Shown: positions 1 to 11,920 of the stretch, one piece after another
Numbering within the stretch: position 1 is the stretch's first letter
How the letters are laid out: every line of letters begins with the position of its first letter
NCBI RefSeq assembly: GCF_964355755.1
Contig: NC_092676.1
Span: 5,123,888-5,187,887 of the forward strand
Source of the DNA: Antedon mediterranea
Lineage: Eukaryota > Animalia > Echinodermata
DNA length: 64,000 bases
Direction of reading: 5' to 3'
The notes under the pieces: model-generated
Databases searched by the model: none
The model's input: only the letters and a program-made list of their open reading frames with translations
What the model was told of the DNA's origin: nothing
Made by a program: the position numbers and the translations under genes

Positions 1-1506
1 CCATTGTCAAGACGAACCGTGTCAAAATGAAGCCACTTGTCATTCCATCTCAGTGTCACCTTTTTACGTGTGCCAGTGTAAGCCTCCATACGTGGGCATC
101 AATTGTACAGCAACTAGTTACGGTAAGTAATTCATTCCTCTACCTCTATTTAATTACCTTTATCCGGTACGAACAAAAAAGTAGGCCTACTTAGCCTATA
201 AGGTGCTATTTTCTTGTTTTGTTTGCTGTTTGAACGATAGGGTCCACTATTTTTAAGATATCGTCTTGAATGTTTGGGTATTGATTTTATGAAATTCGAA
301 ATATTGATGACATCACAAATGCTTATTAAAATCTCGAGTTTTTTTGTGTTTTCCAATATATCGAAATATTAAATAGCGCGCCCTCTGTCGGTATCTATTT
401 TGCCAAGTATTTCACTCAGTTTCCGAGTTCAATTTATTCTTTAAAGATGTATTGTCCCCCAAAAACAGGAAAAATAAAGATTAATTTAATCAGACTTTTA
501 ATATGTTATTTTGTTGTTTTAATAAAGTTAATCACTTCAGTAGAAAAAAAAAACTAAATGAAATATTGTTTTCACTTATAAAATGACAAAATAAATGGTT
601 AAGTTCAACCAAAAACCCATTGGCTGGCAGCCAATTTGACCATTTTTTTCTTTAAATTACAGTTTTTTTTCAGGTAAATACATTTTTTGTATCCAATATT
701 TGGTCAAAGTGGATAACTATTATGTTACATTAAAATGGCATATTCAACAAAAATTTTGTTAAGAATTATTTTTTAAGGGGGACAATACATCTTTAATATT
801 TATCATGGTTTAATTCTAGGCTAATGGTTACTTTTATGTGCATTACACAAATATTTTTAACATTAGTCGTCTCCAAATCCAATTTCTTACTAATATTTCC
901 TCAATTGGTAATGGATTTTGTTAAAGTGTGTAGGCCAACCGTTCCAATAACGAATCGGGATATGTTAATGAGCGTCAATGTTTTTCCGTTATGCAGATTG
1001 CCTGAGTAATCCATGCCTGAACGGAGGCTCGTGTGTAACTAATGACCGCTTGAATAAAACTAGTTGCCTGTGTCCGTCCACCTACTTCGGAACTAATTGT
1101 GAACTACAGAAACGTACCGGTAGGTTATTATCGTCTGCGCATGCTTACAACCAATTTCAATTCTCTCAAATCTCTTTCTACACAAAATACGTATCGAACT
1201 TCAACCAACTCTCACCACACTACAGCATTCTCTCCAGTTGGGGCGGGGAGATGCCGTTTTCTTACAAAATATTAATATGCGCATGCGCGATTTCATCTAA
1301 TGAATAATTCATTAAATTTACTTTTTACAGAAACGTCAGCAGTAGTTGGTACTGGTGGTAGCCAATCAAACTCCAACAACAATGTACATGCGTCATTCAT
1401 CGGAGTTACCATTGCGTTGATAGCTATAATCGTTATTCTTGTTGCTTATATTATCCGAGTCAGATCAAGACGTTATATAGATAAAGATGCTTCTTTTGTC
1501 AGGTAA
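1..1506 (+). CDS. EGF-like repeat, single-pass transmembrane protein (3' part; 5' end outside window)
   Basis: Phase-1 exons <1-122 (HCQDEPCQNEATCHSISVSPFYVCQCKPPYVGINC), 997-1119 (DCLSNPCLNGGSCVTNDRLNKTSCLCPSTYFGTNCE) and 1331-1506 (TM helix FIGVTIALIAIIVILVAYII followed by RVRSRR), all with GT/AG sites; first stop TAA at 1504-1506. Six-Cys EGF spacing is clear. Confidence 0.85.
445..792. mobile_element. Non-autonomous DNA transposon (Kolobok-like MITE), copy 1
   Basis: TIR AGATGTATTGTCCCC...GGGGACAATACATCT flanked by TTAA on both sides; 5'-AG terminus with TTAA TSD fits Kolobok. Homologous copies at 22769-23114 and 46648-46969. Confidence 0.8.
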
Positions 1507-2578
1507 AAAGGCCAACTCAGACAGCGTTTGTACGATGAGCCCGACGATTTGTCTCGTCTCTAACAACTGCACCCGGCGCTATCTCAAGACGACTCGTCTC
1601 GTGGCGCTGCCACTCAGAGACAGCAAGAAGACTCGTTGCCCTCATCGTACGACGCAGTCTGAGTTGGCCTTAATTCATCTGTATAATATTAATACTTTAT
1701 TTGAAACTACATTTTTAGCATTATGTAATTGGTTGAGTGAAGGGATTCACACTTCGCTACAGTATCTATCAGTATTGTTATTTTAAATTGAAAAGATTGA
1801 CTAAATTTACAATAAGAAATCAGGTGAAGGGGGGGTGTCCGATCAATTCACTAAGATGGCGCTCGGTTCATTTGGACGGAAAAGTGACATCAGTAAGGAA
1901 TAGTAGTAAAATTGAAGCGTTTAAGAAAACAATTTCTTCAACCATCAATTGAAAGAAACATTTCTTTTTCTTTAAGGTTTAATGCAGAATAGTATAATAA
2001 CTAACTGTGATAAAAGCAAGAAGATGAAATTCGAGAAGAGAAACGTAACAAGAAACAGACAATAATTATAATAATAATGTCTTTTGTAAAGTTCATTAAT
2101 GCTCTTCCGATGACAATAAAGTTTTACAACTACATTTTTTAGGGAGCTTGGAGCGATCAAGGAACACATTTTATTCAATTCATTGTGCGCATGCGTATGC
2201 GTGAAATACTGCGTGTCATTTTTGCAAATTTAAAGTTTCAATGTAAATAACCGTAACACACGTAGTTATTATGTTATAGGTAAGCTAAATTTTGTCGTTA
2301 ATACGAATTATTTGAATTTAAAACTATAGAAATTAAGTAATTAAAAATTTAAATTACAATAGGCCTAATGAAGATTAATTCATTAGTTAATTCATTTTAA
2401 ATGAATGTGAAGCAATTGTATATAGTAGGCCTATGCACCTAAAAATAGAAGCACATAACACCTATTGGACAGAATTCTGGTTTGTTTTATTACTAGAGTG
2501 TTTAGCATGGTTATTAAGAATTTGGGCTACCAATCCCAGGGTTTCGTGTACAAATCCCGTGTCAACATGAAACACCAT

Positions 2579-3861
2579 GACTCGACGAGGGCTAGCCGCG
2601 AGGCTAGTTTAGGCTAGGCCTAAAACCCGGTAGTGGTTGTAGTTATTTCGGGAAACTTAGGTTAACAAAAAAAAGCTTAAGAAGTTCTTAAGCTTTTTTT
2701 TGTTAGCCTACTAAGAAGGGTAGTAATATGTTTGCTTATAGTTATCCTTAATTGCACCTCTGTCATCAAATCTAGCGCCGCAGCGCGCCTCTCTCTATCA
2801 TTAAATCAAAATTAAATTGATATGATTGGTTGAATGTTTATAGACATGCGTATATTGCATCTTAGTGATTAAAAAAAGCACAGACATAATATAGAGAGAG
2901 GGCAGTGTATAAAAAAGAAGCAGCAGTCGATCAAAATAAAGTGTGATGTCATGTACTATCTTTGATGTGCAAAAGTGGAAATTCCGACCGTGGTAACTCT
3001 ATATAAAGGCTGAATTACTTATCTATATCTGATTCTGTCCTGGACTTTTGAAGGTAAACTTTATATATTTTCTGATTTGTTTATCATATATTAAATCGAA
3101 TGGAACGAGTGTATTTTTTAGCAGCAGTCCACAACATGTGGACAACAGTAAGCCAGGCAGGCCCAGCCTGCGAACTAGACTCGACGAGGGCTAGCCGCGA
3201 GGCTAGTTTAGGCTAGGCCTAAAACCCGGTAGTGGTGGTAGTTATTTCGGGAAACTTAGGTTAACAAAAAAAAGCTTAAGAAGGGTAGTAATATGTTTGC
3301 TTATAGTTATCCTTAATTGCACCTCTGTCATCAAATCTAGCGCCGCAGCGCGCCTCTCTATCATTAAATCAAAATTAAATTGATATGATTGGTTGAATGT
3401 TTATAGACATGCGTATATTGCATCTTAGTGATTAAAAAAAGCACAGACATAATATAGAGAGAGGGCAGTGTATAAAAAAGAAGCAGCAGTCGATCAAAAT
3501 AAAGTGTGATGTCATGTACTATCTTTGATGTGCAAAAGTGGAAATTCCGACCGTGGTAACTCTATATAAAGGCTGAATTACTTATTTATCTATATCTGAT
3601 TCTGTCCTGGACTTTTGAAGGTAAACTTTATATATTTTCTGATTTGTTTAGCATATATTAAATCGAATGGAACGAGTGTATTTTTTAGCAGCAGTCCACA
3701 ACATGTGGACAACAGTAAGCTAGGCAGGCCCAGCCTGCTGCTAACTACTAGGCCTAGGCCTAGAGGCCGCCTAGACTCGACGAGGCTAGTTTAGGCTAGG
3801 CCTAAAACCCGGTAGTGGTGGTAGTTATTTCGGGAAACTTAGGTTAACAAAAAAAAGCTTT
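2579..3861 (+). repeat. Tandem duplication of ~598 bp (2 full copies plus a partial third)
   Basis: GACTCGACGAGG...GCTAGTTTAGGCTAGGCCTAAAACCCGGTAGTGG recurs at ~2579, ~3177 and ~3774; the intervening sequence is near-identical. Confidence 0.92.
2977..3007 (+). promoter_or_regulatory. kappaB-like site and TATA box (duplicated at 3540-3570)
   Basis: GGAAATTCC at 2977-2985, TATATAAA at 3000-3007, ATTGG (reverse CCAAT) upstream, and a donor AAG|GTAAAC ~50 nt downstream. Confidence 0.45.
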
Positions 3862-4238
3862 ATGTTGGCTGGCCAGGCAGGCTTTTTGATTTTTACTAAC
3901 TGAGCAATTACGTACACATTTTGATTCTTGAAACCAAACTTTGAGCCCCAGCCCAGCAGATATTTTTCAATATTAAATTATTAATAATAAAAATATAATA
4001 ATTTAACATTAAATCATGGCCAGGTAGGAAACAACGTCTGGTACTTCTTTCTGGAAATCCATTTCATATTTCACTCAAATTGTTTTAAATCATGCCATAC
4101 TTTTACATACTAACCGAATATTCTTTGTTTTGTTTAACCGAATAAATAGAGCGTAACTTTTTTACTGCTACAGTTTGAGTATTGGTAGCTGTTGCCTAGT
4201 CTAGAAAAAAATTCATCAAAGAACGTCCAAGTTTGAAC

Positions 4239-7200
4239 ATGGCATCGTCAAGTCGGTATGTTTATTTTGAGAATACATTACATTACTTCCTTATCAATAT
4301 GTCGATGTGTATATTTCTTTTATTAAGATTTCTAGGTATGTTTGCGTCACCTGGCCTAGGCATACAGAACATGTTACACATTGTTTTGTATTTAGATACA
4401 GTTCTTACAAAATCAATTTTATTATTACCTAACTAACTTAATTGTCCAGAACTGATTATAAATATTTGGAGAACACCGGTACGGTGCAGACAAACTTTGT
4501 GGCAGTTCACCCTCAACACAACTACTGTATATTATGCTACTGTCACATACTGACCGATATTATTATTATTTTTATCATCTTGGTATATAACTCTTTGCCA
4601 AAAAATGTGATAAAATCTCAAAATTTAAACCAATTTAAAACCGCACTAAAAAACCACTGGTCTAACCACCCGTTAAAATACCCATGTAAGAAGAATATGT
4701 TCTGGTCACGAGGGGCACAGAAGCATTAATGCTTTAAGTCTTAAAATCCTGGTAGGTTGATCATAAACCTAAGTGATAAATAATAACAAAATGACGTCCT
4801 TTATTTTTATCCATAGCAAGCCAACTGTAGTATGCCCTCATCATCCAGACAGCAACTTAATAGAGGACTATCACGCCGGTGATTTGATTTGCCCAGAATG
4901 TGGTCTTGTTGTAGCAGACAGGTAAGCTACTTTCTGGACAGCTACTTTCTGGACAGCTACTTTCTGGACAGCTACTTTCTGGACAGCTACTTTCTGGACA
5001 GCTACTTTCTGGACAGCTACTTTCTGGACAGCTACTTTCTGGACAGCTACTTTCTGGACAGCTACTTTCTGGACAGCTACTTTCTGGACAGCTACTTTCT
5101 GGACAGCTACTTTCTGGACAGCTACTTTCTGGACAGCTACTTTCTGGACAGCTACTTTCTGGACAGCTACTTTTTAGGCAGAGGTTTAGATACTGTAGTA
5201 CATCTAAATTCGTGCATGACAACCCTGCCAACTCGAGTCGCTTTATAAAAAGCATAAAAGAAAAATAATAATAATAATATAAAAAAAAGATAAATAAATA
5301 AATAAAATATAAGAAATAAATACAAACAATCATTATACCAAAATCAGCTGTGAATATTGCCACCATACCAATTAGTTCAGTGATAATCAACATGATGATT
5401 GTGGGGACTCATAACGATGAAGATGAAAGAGATAACTTATTCTGTTTCAGTCTCAGAAAAAATGCTTCATGGCCATGATGTACAGCTCTACAATTTTCAC
5501 ATCGTAGAGCTGTTGGCTAGCGCTCTTGTTGTGCACTGTTCAAGTCTTGTACAGTCTATACAAAAAAAATGCAGCACGCCTTAAATAGTCCATGGCTGCA
5601 AAAATTGTATAGTACAGTCAACTCTCCCAATACCCGGACTCTCTGAACACTGGAAGCTCTCCCAAAAAAAAAACTTTTCTTGAGTTCCAAAATGTCCCAA
5701 TTTTATTTTTACCACTAAACACACTCCGAATACCAGACTTTCCATAAAACCAGACAAATTAGGCCAGCCCAAAGGTGTCTGGTATTGGGAGTTTGACTGT
5801 GTTATACAAGTTTTACAGCCATGGACTATTTAAGGCCTACTGCATTTTGTTTTGTTTTTTTACAGCACAACATTGATATGATTAATTCAAAAACATACTG
5901 TAATAAGAATTAGCCATCAAACATAGCTGTATTATAAGATCTGATACGAAAAATTTAACTTTTTTTTTGTAGAGTTATAGATGTTGGCTCTGAGTGGAGA
6001 ACGTTCAACAATGAGAAATCTGTGAGCGATCCCTCTCGTGTTGGCGCTGCTGAAAACCCCCTGTTGAGCGGCAGTGACTTATCAACCGTGATTGGTGCGC
6101 CCACGGGATCTGCAGGATTCGATGATTCTGGTGGAGCTAAATATTCACAAAAACGTAATGTAAGTATAGTAGTAACTACTAACATATAATTTCTAGTATA
6201 CAGTTCTGTAGGCTACCCAATATTGTTTTTACACCTGGAAAGCTAGTCAGTAATAAGAATCCGGTATAAATGATAAGGGCAAGAAAAATCTATAGCCGAA
6301 TATTAAATTCAGTGTTCTTTTGATCAAATAGTTAATTTTACACTTTAGATGTGGTTACCCCTTTCTCATTTTCAGAGTGTTGGGCCAGAAATGACAATTA
6401 TACCCCTTTCACACCAAAACTCGGGAGTCATCTTCGGAGACAACCTGTGGTTTGTCGAGAAACTCCGGAGATACCAACCCTAGCAACACCAGGGTTTATA
6501 AAATAAAATCGTAAATACCAACCTCTATTTTGCAGCTGTTTTGAACTCCGAAGTTTTGCTTTTTTCACACTACAACACCGGCGCGTCAACGCCGGTTTTG
6601 TCTCCGGAGTTTTGCTTTTTTTTGTGAATGAAAGGGGTATTTGGTGTAATATAATAGTTTAGTTTAATACTGTATAACTTGGAAATGAAAAAGCCAGGAT
6701 GCTAAATTCATAAATTCATACTTTATTAAACAAAATAACAATAAAGATTAATTTATTTTGCAGATGAACAGTTCTGATAGAGCACTCCTTACAGCATTTC
6801 GAGAAATAACAAACATGGCTGATCGTATTAATTTACCTAGAAATCTTGTAGTAAGTCTATTAGGGTTTGTAATCTTGTTTGAGAGCTTTAGGTTAAAAGA
6901 GTAATCCGCAAACCGAGTACACCATAGCTTGCTTACTAGTAGTAGGAAAAGTTAGGAAGGATAGAGTGATTTCATCAAGGCCTAGGAAGGACCATGTTTC
7001 AGTCTGTAATATAGGCCTTAGCCTAGCATAGTCTACTTTAGGCCTACAATCTAAATATACAGTTGGTCAATAATAATAATCACTGTGCTCACTTATCTAG
7101 GCCTAGAACTGTGTGCTCACTTACAGTATCTAGGCGTAGCACTGTGTGCTCACTTATCTAGGCGTAGCACTGTGTGCTCACTTATCTAGGCCTAGCACTG

Positions 7201-10200
7201 TGTGCTCACTTATCTAGGCCTTTATTTTACATTTAAAGTTAAACAGTAAAATATTCACTTTCTTGCGTTACCTATTTCAGGATCGTACACAAACATTATT
7301 TAAACAAGTACACGATCAAGGGACATTAAAAGGCCGAAGCAATGACGCCATAGCAGCAGCATGTCTTTACATTGCGTGTAGACAAGAAGGCGTTCCTCGC
7401 ACATTTAAAGGTAAAGTTACCTGTTTGTCTTAAGCTCTGTCTACACTGTCGAAACTAGTTTGACAAAAAAAAAGAGTGATGTGACCAAATATGGTAGTGA
7501 TATGACCAAATATGGTAGTGATATGACCAAATATGGTAGTGATGTGACATCATTGTGTCCATATATGGGTACACCACATTTTTTTGTCACATAAAGTTTG
7601 ATAGTGTAGACAGCGCCTTAAGCTCTGTCTACTACACTGTCAAACTAGTCCATATCCCATATATGGTAGTGATATGCTTAAATATAGAAGTGATATGACA
7701 TCATGATGTCCATATATGGGCACATCACATAAAGTTTGATTGTGTAGACAAAGTTTTAGAATAATAAAGAAAAATAATGTATTATTATGTATATGTGAAT
7801 ATTTGGTTTGACAATAGGGCTACAAAAATGGTAAGATTCCGATCTCCAAACTTTACAAATATTGAAAGTACAATAAAATTAAGTATAGTGGTCATACTGT
7901 ACATCTCTTTATTTTACAGAAATTTGTGCGATATCTAGAGTTAGCAAAAAAGAAATTGGTCGGTGTTTTAAGTTGATACTGCGGGCCCTTGAAACAAATG
8001 TTGACATCATAACCACAGGAGATTTTATGGTAAGATTTAAATAAAAATTATTATTTCACAAAAATAGCTTTGCTGTAGGTTTTTAGATGTATTAAATATA
8101 CATATTTAATGCAGAATGTGTTTACCAAAATATAAACTTGTAATACTAGTACTCCAATGGCTGAGGTGTCTTTAAAAAAGGCATATTTCATACCATAGGG
8201 TTTGTCACACCAAAATCAGTCCGGGCCAAAATCGGTCCGGCGGACCAGTTTTGGCTGCCAAAATCAGTCCGGGGGACCATTTATGGCCGCCAAAACTGGT
8301 CCGGCCTGGATAAAATCGGTCCGGGTAGTAGGACTGTTTTTGGCTGCCAAATATGGTCCGGTCTTACAAATATATGGTGCGCAAAATGAGTCATAATGTA
8401 TATATCATTAAAAAAAAAGGCCATGATTAGTCATTATATTGAAAACTACGGGGTTTTATTTGTTATTTTAAAATTATAAATTAAGCCTGTTTTTTTTATT
8501 ATCATTATTAGTAGTAACTCATCAATAATTAGTACTAATTTTTAGGCTTTTTGTATACAATATGTATCTCTGCCTGTTTTTAATCCATTTTGTTATTTTT
8601 TAACATCTTCGTTTCCCCATGATGTTAAAAACAATTTAATTTATTAATTATTTATGGTTAATCAATCAATATATCAATTCAATACAATTATTGTAAAACA
8701 ATTATCCAATATTGATTAGGGTGAGGAAGGAAAAAGGCCTCAATCATAAATAAAATCTAGCTGGCAATATCAGCGTCTCATACCCGTTCGTGTGAGTGTG
8801 TGGCAGGCCGAAATATGAGTGAACACCTAAGTCATGTTTTTAGATAAAATACATTTATTTATAGTATTTATCCGACAAGATAACTTACTAATATATATCA
8901 TGGGATATTTTTCTAGCCATAAACAACTTAAAACAGCATCATAGGCCTAGTAATTCAATTAAAATCGACAGAAGAAAAGCCCGGACCGATTTTGGCAGTG
9001 GCGGACTGCTTTTGGCCACAATTTTAGAGCCAAAACTGGTCCGGCCGGACCGATTTTGGCCCCGGACCATATTTATCGTGACAGGTTCACTAATAAGTTT
9101 GATATGGTAATATAAAAGCCATTATGATTCTATATTTTAAACTTTATAAAAAGGGTAAAAATTGATTTCTAGATCTAGAAAAATGAGAAATATGACACCC
9201 CAACATGCTACCTGGCATAAACATTGATTTTGCTACCATGATTGGCAATTACTAATGGATATTGATTATTATTGATACTCAATCATTGATTATTACTGAT
9301 TGTTATTTTTGATACTCAATTATTACAGTAATTGATTGTTATTGATTATTATTGATTGATATTGATTATCATTATTATTGATACTCAATTATTTATTATT
9401 GCTGATTGTTATTTTTGATACTCTATTTTTGATTGATTGTTATTGATTATCATTATTGATACTCAATTATTGAATGATTGTTATTGATTATTATTTATAC
9501 TCAATTATTGAATGATTATATTACTATAATATTGATTTAATCTCAATTGTTGATTTATTAGACTATTATTCATTGTTTTTCAGTCTCGATTTTGTTCAAA
9601 TCTCTTCTTACCGTCAGCAGTTCAGAAAGCGGCTACGCATATTGCTAAGAAGGCAATGGACCTTGACCTCGTAGCAGGGTAAGAATTACCGCTTCTGCAA
9701 AATCTCTTATTTATATTTTTTGACTTTGTTGTTAAGCTCTGTCTACACTATCAAACTTGACAAAAAAGTGTCCAAATATAGTAGTGATACACCCAAAGAT
9801 GGCATCATCATGTCAATATTTGGGCACATATTGTTTGTCACATAAAGTTTGATAATGTAGACAGCGCTTAAAATATGCACACATTTTGTTGCACCAATTT
9901 ACTGAAGGATGATATGGGTTGATGATGAGATAAAAACATGAAAAATGAAGATTAATAAAATCGGACTTAGGCCATTTTGCAGTTTTAATATTTAAATAAT
10001 GATTTAATTTAACCAAGAACCCATTGTCAGGAAATTTGACAATTTTTCAGATAAATCATTTTTTTCAAGTGAATAACTATTAACTATTATGTGACATTTG
10101 TTGATATGAAGTAAATCTTTTTTTTTTCAGTCGTAGCCCTATTTCAGTAGCTGCAGCAGCTATATACATGGCATCACAATGCTCAATGGACAAAAAATCT

Positions 10201-11714
10201 CAGAAAGGTAACTTTTTAAATTTAAAATCAGCTACACACCCTCCCTCCTACACTCCCCACTGGATCCCCCTCCCTTCTATCTAAATACCCCACACCAACT
10301 AGATAAAATCAGCTACACACCCTCCCTCCTACACTGGATCCCCTCCCTTCTATCTACATACCCCACACCAACTAGATACAATCAGCTACACACCCTCCCT
10401 CCTACACTGGATCCCCCTCCCTTCTATCTACAAACCCCACACCAACTAGATAAAATCAGCTACACACCCTCCCTCCTACACTCCCCACTGAATCCCCCCT
10501 CCCTTCTATCTACATACCCCACACCAACTAGATACAATCAGCTACACACCCTCCCTCCTACACTCCCCACTGGATCCCCCTCCCTTCTATCTACATACCC
10601 CACACCAACTAGATAAAATCAGCTACACACCCTCCCTCCTACACTCCCCACTGGATCCCCCTCCCTTCTATCTACATACCCCACACCAACTAGATACAAT
10701 CAGCTACACACCCTCCCTCCTACACTCCCCACTGGATCCCCCTCCCTTCTATCTACATACCCCACACCAACTAGATAAATCAGCTACATACCCTCCCTCC
10801 TACACTCCCCACTGGATCCCCCTCCCTTCTATCTACATACCCCACACCAACTAGATACAATCAGCTACACACCCTCCCTCCTACACTCCCCACTGGATCC
10901 CCCTCCCTTCTATCTACATACCCCACACCAACTAGATACAATCAGCTACACACCCTCCCTCCTACACTCCCCACTGGATCCCCCTCCCTTCTATCTACAT
11001 ACCCCACACCAACTAGATACAATCAGCTACACACCCTCCCTCCTACACTCCCCACTGGATCCCCCTCCCTTCTATCTACATACCCCACACCAACTAGATA
11101 AATCAGCTACATACCCTCCCTCCTACACTCCCCACTGGATCCCCCTCCCTTCTATCTACATACCCCACACCAACTAGATAAATTTTTGTTTTTTCTCAAT
11201 AAAACAAATATACTTTTTGGAAATGTGATTTAACATTTTGTGATAATATTTGTCTGCTGCCCTCTATTTGTTTGTTGCCTCAATAATTAACATGTGACAA
11301 CAAATTTATTTTTGTCAAAACTACTTTGATAGTGTATACAGAGCTTTAAGGTTAAAAAGAGACTTAAGCTCTGTCTACACTATCAAACTTTACTGTATGT
11401 GACAAAAAAATGTGATGTGCCCATATATGGACATGATGATGTCATCACTACCATATTTAGGCATATTACTACCATATTTGTGCACATCACACTTTTTTGT
11501 CAACTAGTTTGATAGTGTAGACAGAGCTTTGAGATTAAAAGGAGACTTTTAAAGATGATTTGATATTTTACTTACTTCAGATATTGGTGAAATAGCTGGA
11601 GTTGCGGACGTAACTATACGACAGTCATATCGTCTCATGTACCCAAAAGCAGCTGACCTTTTTCCAGCAGATTTTAAATTCCATTCACCAATTACGTCGC
11701 TTCCCCAACTATAA
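4239..11714 (+). CDS. GTF2B: Transcription initiation factor IIB
   Basis: Exons 4239-4255 (MASSSR), 4817-4921 (Zn ribbon CPHHPD...[11 protein letters not shown]), 5973-6159 ([14 protein letters not shown]...[13 protein letters not shown]), 6764-6850, 7281-7410 ([29 protein letters not shown]), 7920-8029, 9584-9678, 10131-10207 ([17 protein letters not shown]) and 11581-11714 ([18 protein letters not shown]...LPQL*). All GT-AG and frame-consistent. Confidence 0.97.
4580..4730 (+). mobile_element. CR1/L2-type LINE ORF2 3'-end fragment
   Basis: Translates as [25 protein letters not shown], resembling the 'WNxLP...FKxxL' C-terminus of CR1/L2 ORF2. Confidence 0.5.
4926..5174 (+). repeat. 15-bp minisatellite (GCTACTTTCTGGACA) x ~16.5
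   Basis: Perfect tandem copies starting just after the TFIIB exon 2 donor. Confidence 0.97.
5560..5850. mobile_element. Tc1/mariner(pogo)-like MITE (5615-5799) inside an outer inverted repeat
   Basis: Inner TA|CAGTCAACTCTCCCAATACC...GGTATTGGGAGTTTGACTG; outer arms ATGCAG...CCTTAAATAGTCCATGGCTG and CAGCCATGGACTATTTAAGG...CTGCAT. Confidence 0.65.
6401..6639. mobile_element. PIF/Harbinger-like MITE
   Basis: TIR TACCCCTTTCA...TGAAAGGGGTA, preceded by TTA; internal AACTCCGGAG repeats. Confidence 0.6.
7081..7221 (+). repeat. ~28-bp minisatellite x ~5
   Basis: CACTGTGTGCTCACTTATCTAGGCCTAG-type units in TFIIB intron 4. Confidence 0.9.
7431..7756. mobile_element. Two adjacent copies of a Harbinger-like MITE family (AGCTCTGTCTACACT TIR)
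   Basis: TIR AAGCTCTGTCTACACT(A/G)TC...GATAGTGTAGACAG(A/C)GC with internal 20-bp GTGATATGACCAAATATGGTA repeats; family recurs at 9733, 11365, 20530 and 54170. Confidence 0.8.
8198..9087. mobile_element. Non-autonomous DNA transposon with subterminal GGTCCGG/CCGGACC repeats
   Basis: Left end TGTCAC...CAAAATCAGTCCGGGCCAAAATCGGTCCGG; right end CCGGACCGATTTTGGCCCCGGACC...GTGACA is its inverted repeat; AT-rich interior. Confidence 0.75.
9240..9570 (+). repeat. Low-complexity degenerate (ATTG/ATT)n tract
   Basis: Recurrent ATTGATTATTATTGATACTCAAT units before TFIIB exon 7. Confidence 0.75.
9733..9870. mobile_element. Harbinger-like MITE (AGCTCTGTCTACACT family)
   Basis: TAAGCTCTGTCTACACTATCAAACTT...AAGTTTGATAATGTAGACAGCGCTTA. 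Confidence 0.75.
10226..11180 (+). repeat. 81-bp C-rich minisatellite x ~12
   Basis: Unit AATCAGCTACACACCCTCCCTCCTACACTCCCCACTGGATCCCCCTCCCTTCTATCTACATACCCCACACCAACTAGAT in TFIIB intron 8. Confidence 0.96.
11365..11530. mobile_element. Harbinger-like MITE (AGCTCTGTCTACACT family)
   Basis: TAAGCTCTGTCTACACTATCAAAC...GTTTGATAGTGTAGACAGAGCTT; a partial copy ends just upstream at ~11346. Confidence 0.8.
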
Positions 11715-11785
11715 CTAAACGCTTTTTTTACAAGTAATAATAATTGAGTTAAACTATGGCTAAAAATAATCTTACTTTTGTCATG

Positions 11786-11920
11786 CCAATCTCAATACCA
11801 ATCTCAAAACCAATCTCAACACCAGTCTCAAAACCAATATCAATACCAATCTTAAAACCAATCTCAAAACCAATCTCAAAACCAATCTTAAAACCAATCT
11901 TAAAACCAATCTCAAAAGCA
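11786..11920 (+). repeat. 12-bp tandem repeat (CCAATCTCAAAA) x ~11 in the TFIIB 3' region
   Basis: Directly visible tandem units with minor variants. Confidence 0.9.

Noticed and set aside
1504-1563. Alternative nuclear genetic code (TAA=Gln) to explain the in-frame stops
   Set aside because: TFIIB and the IAP terminate at TAA, and ZMPSTE24 and DUF21 at TAG, at expected positions, so the standard code applies.
4857-5393. ORFs encoding (CPESS)n or (SYFLD)n, resembling a Cys-rich or metallothionein-like protein
   Set aside because: Translation of a 15-bp intronic minisatellite within TFIIB; the flanks are low-complexity.
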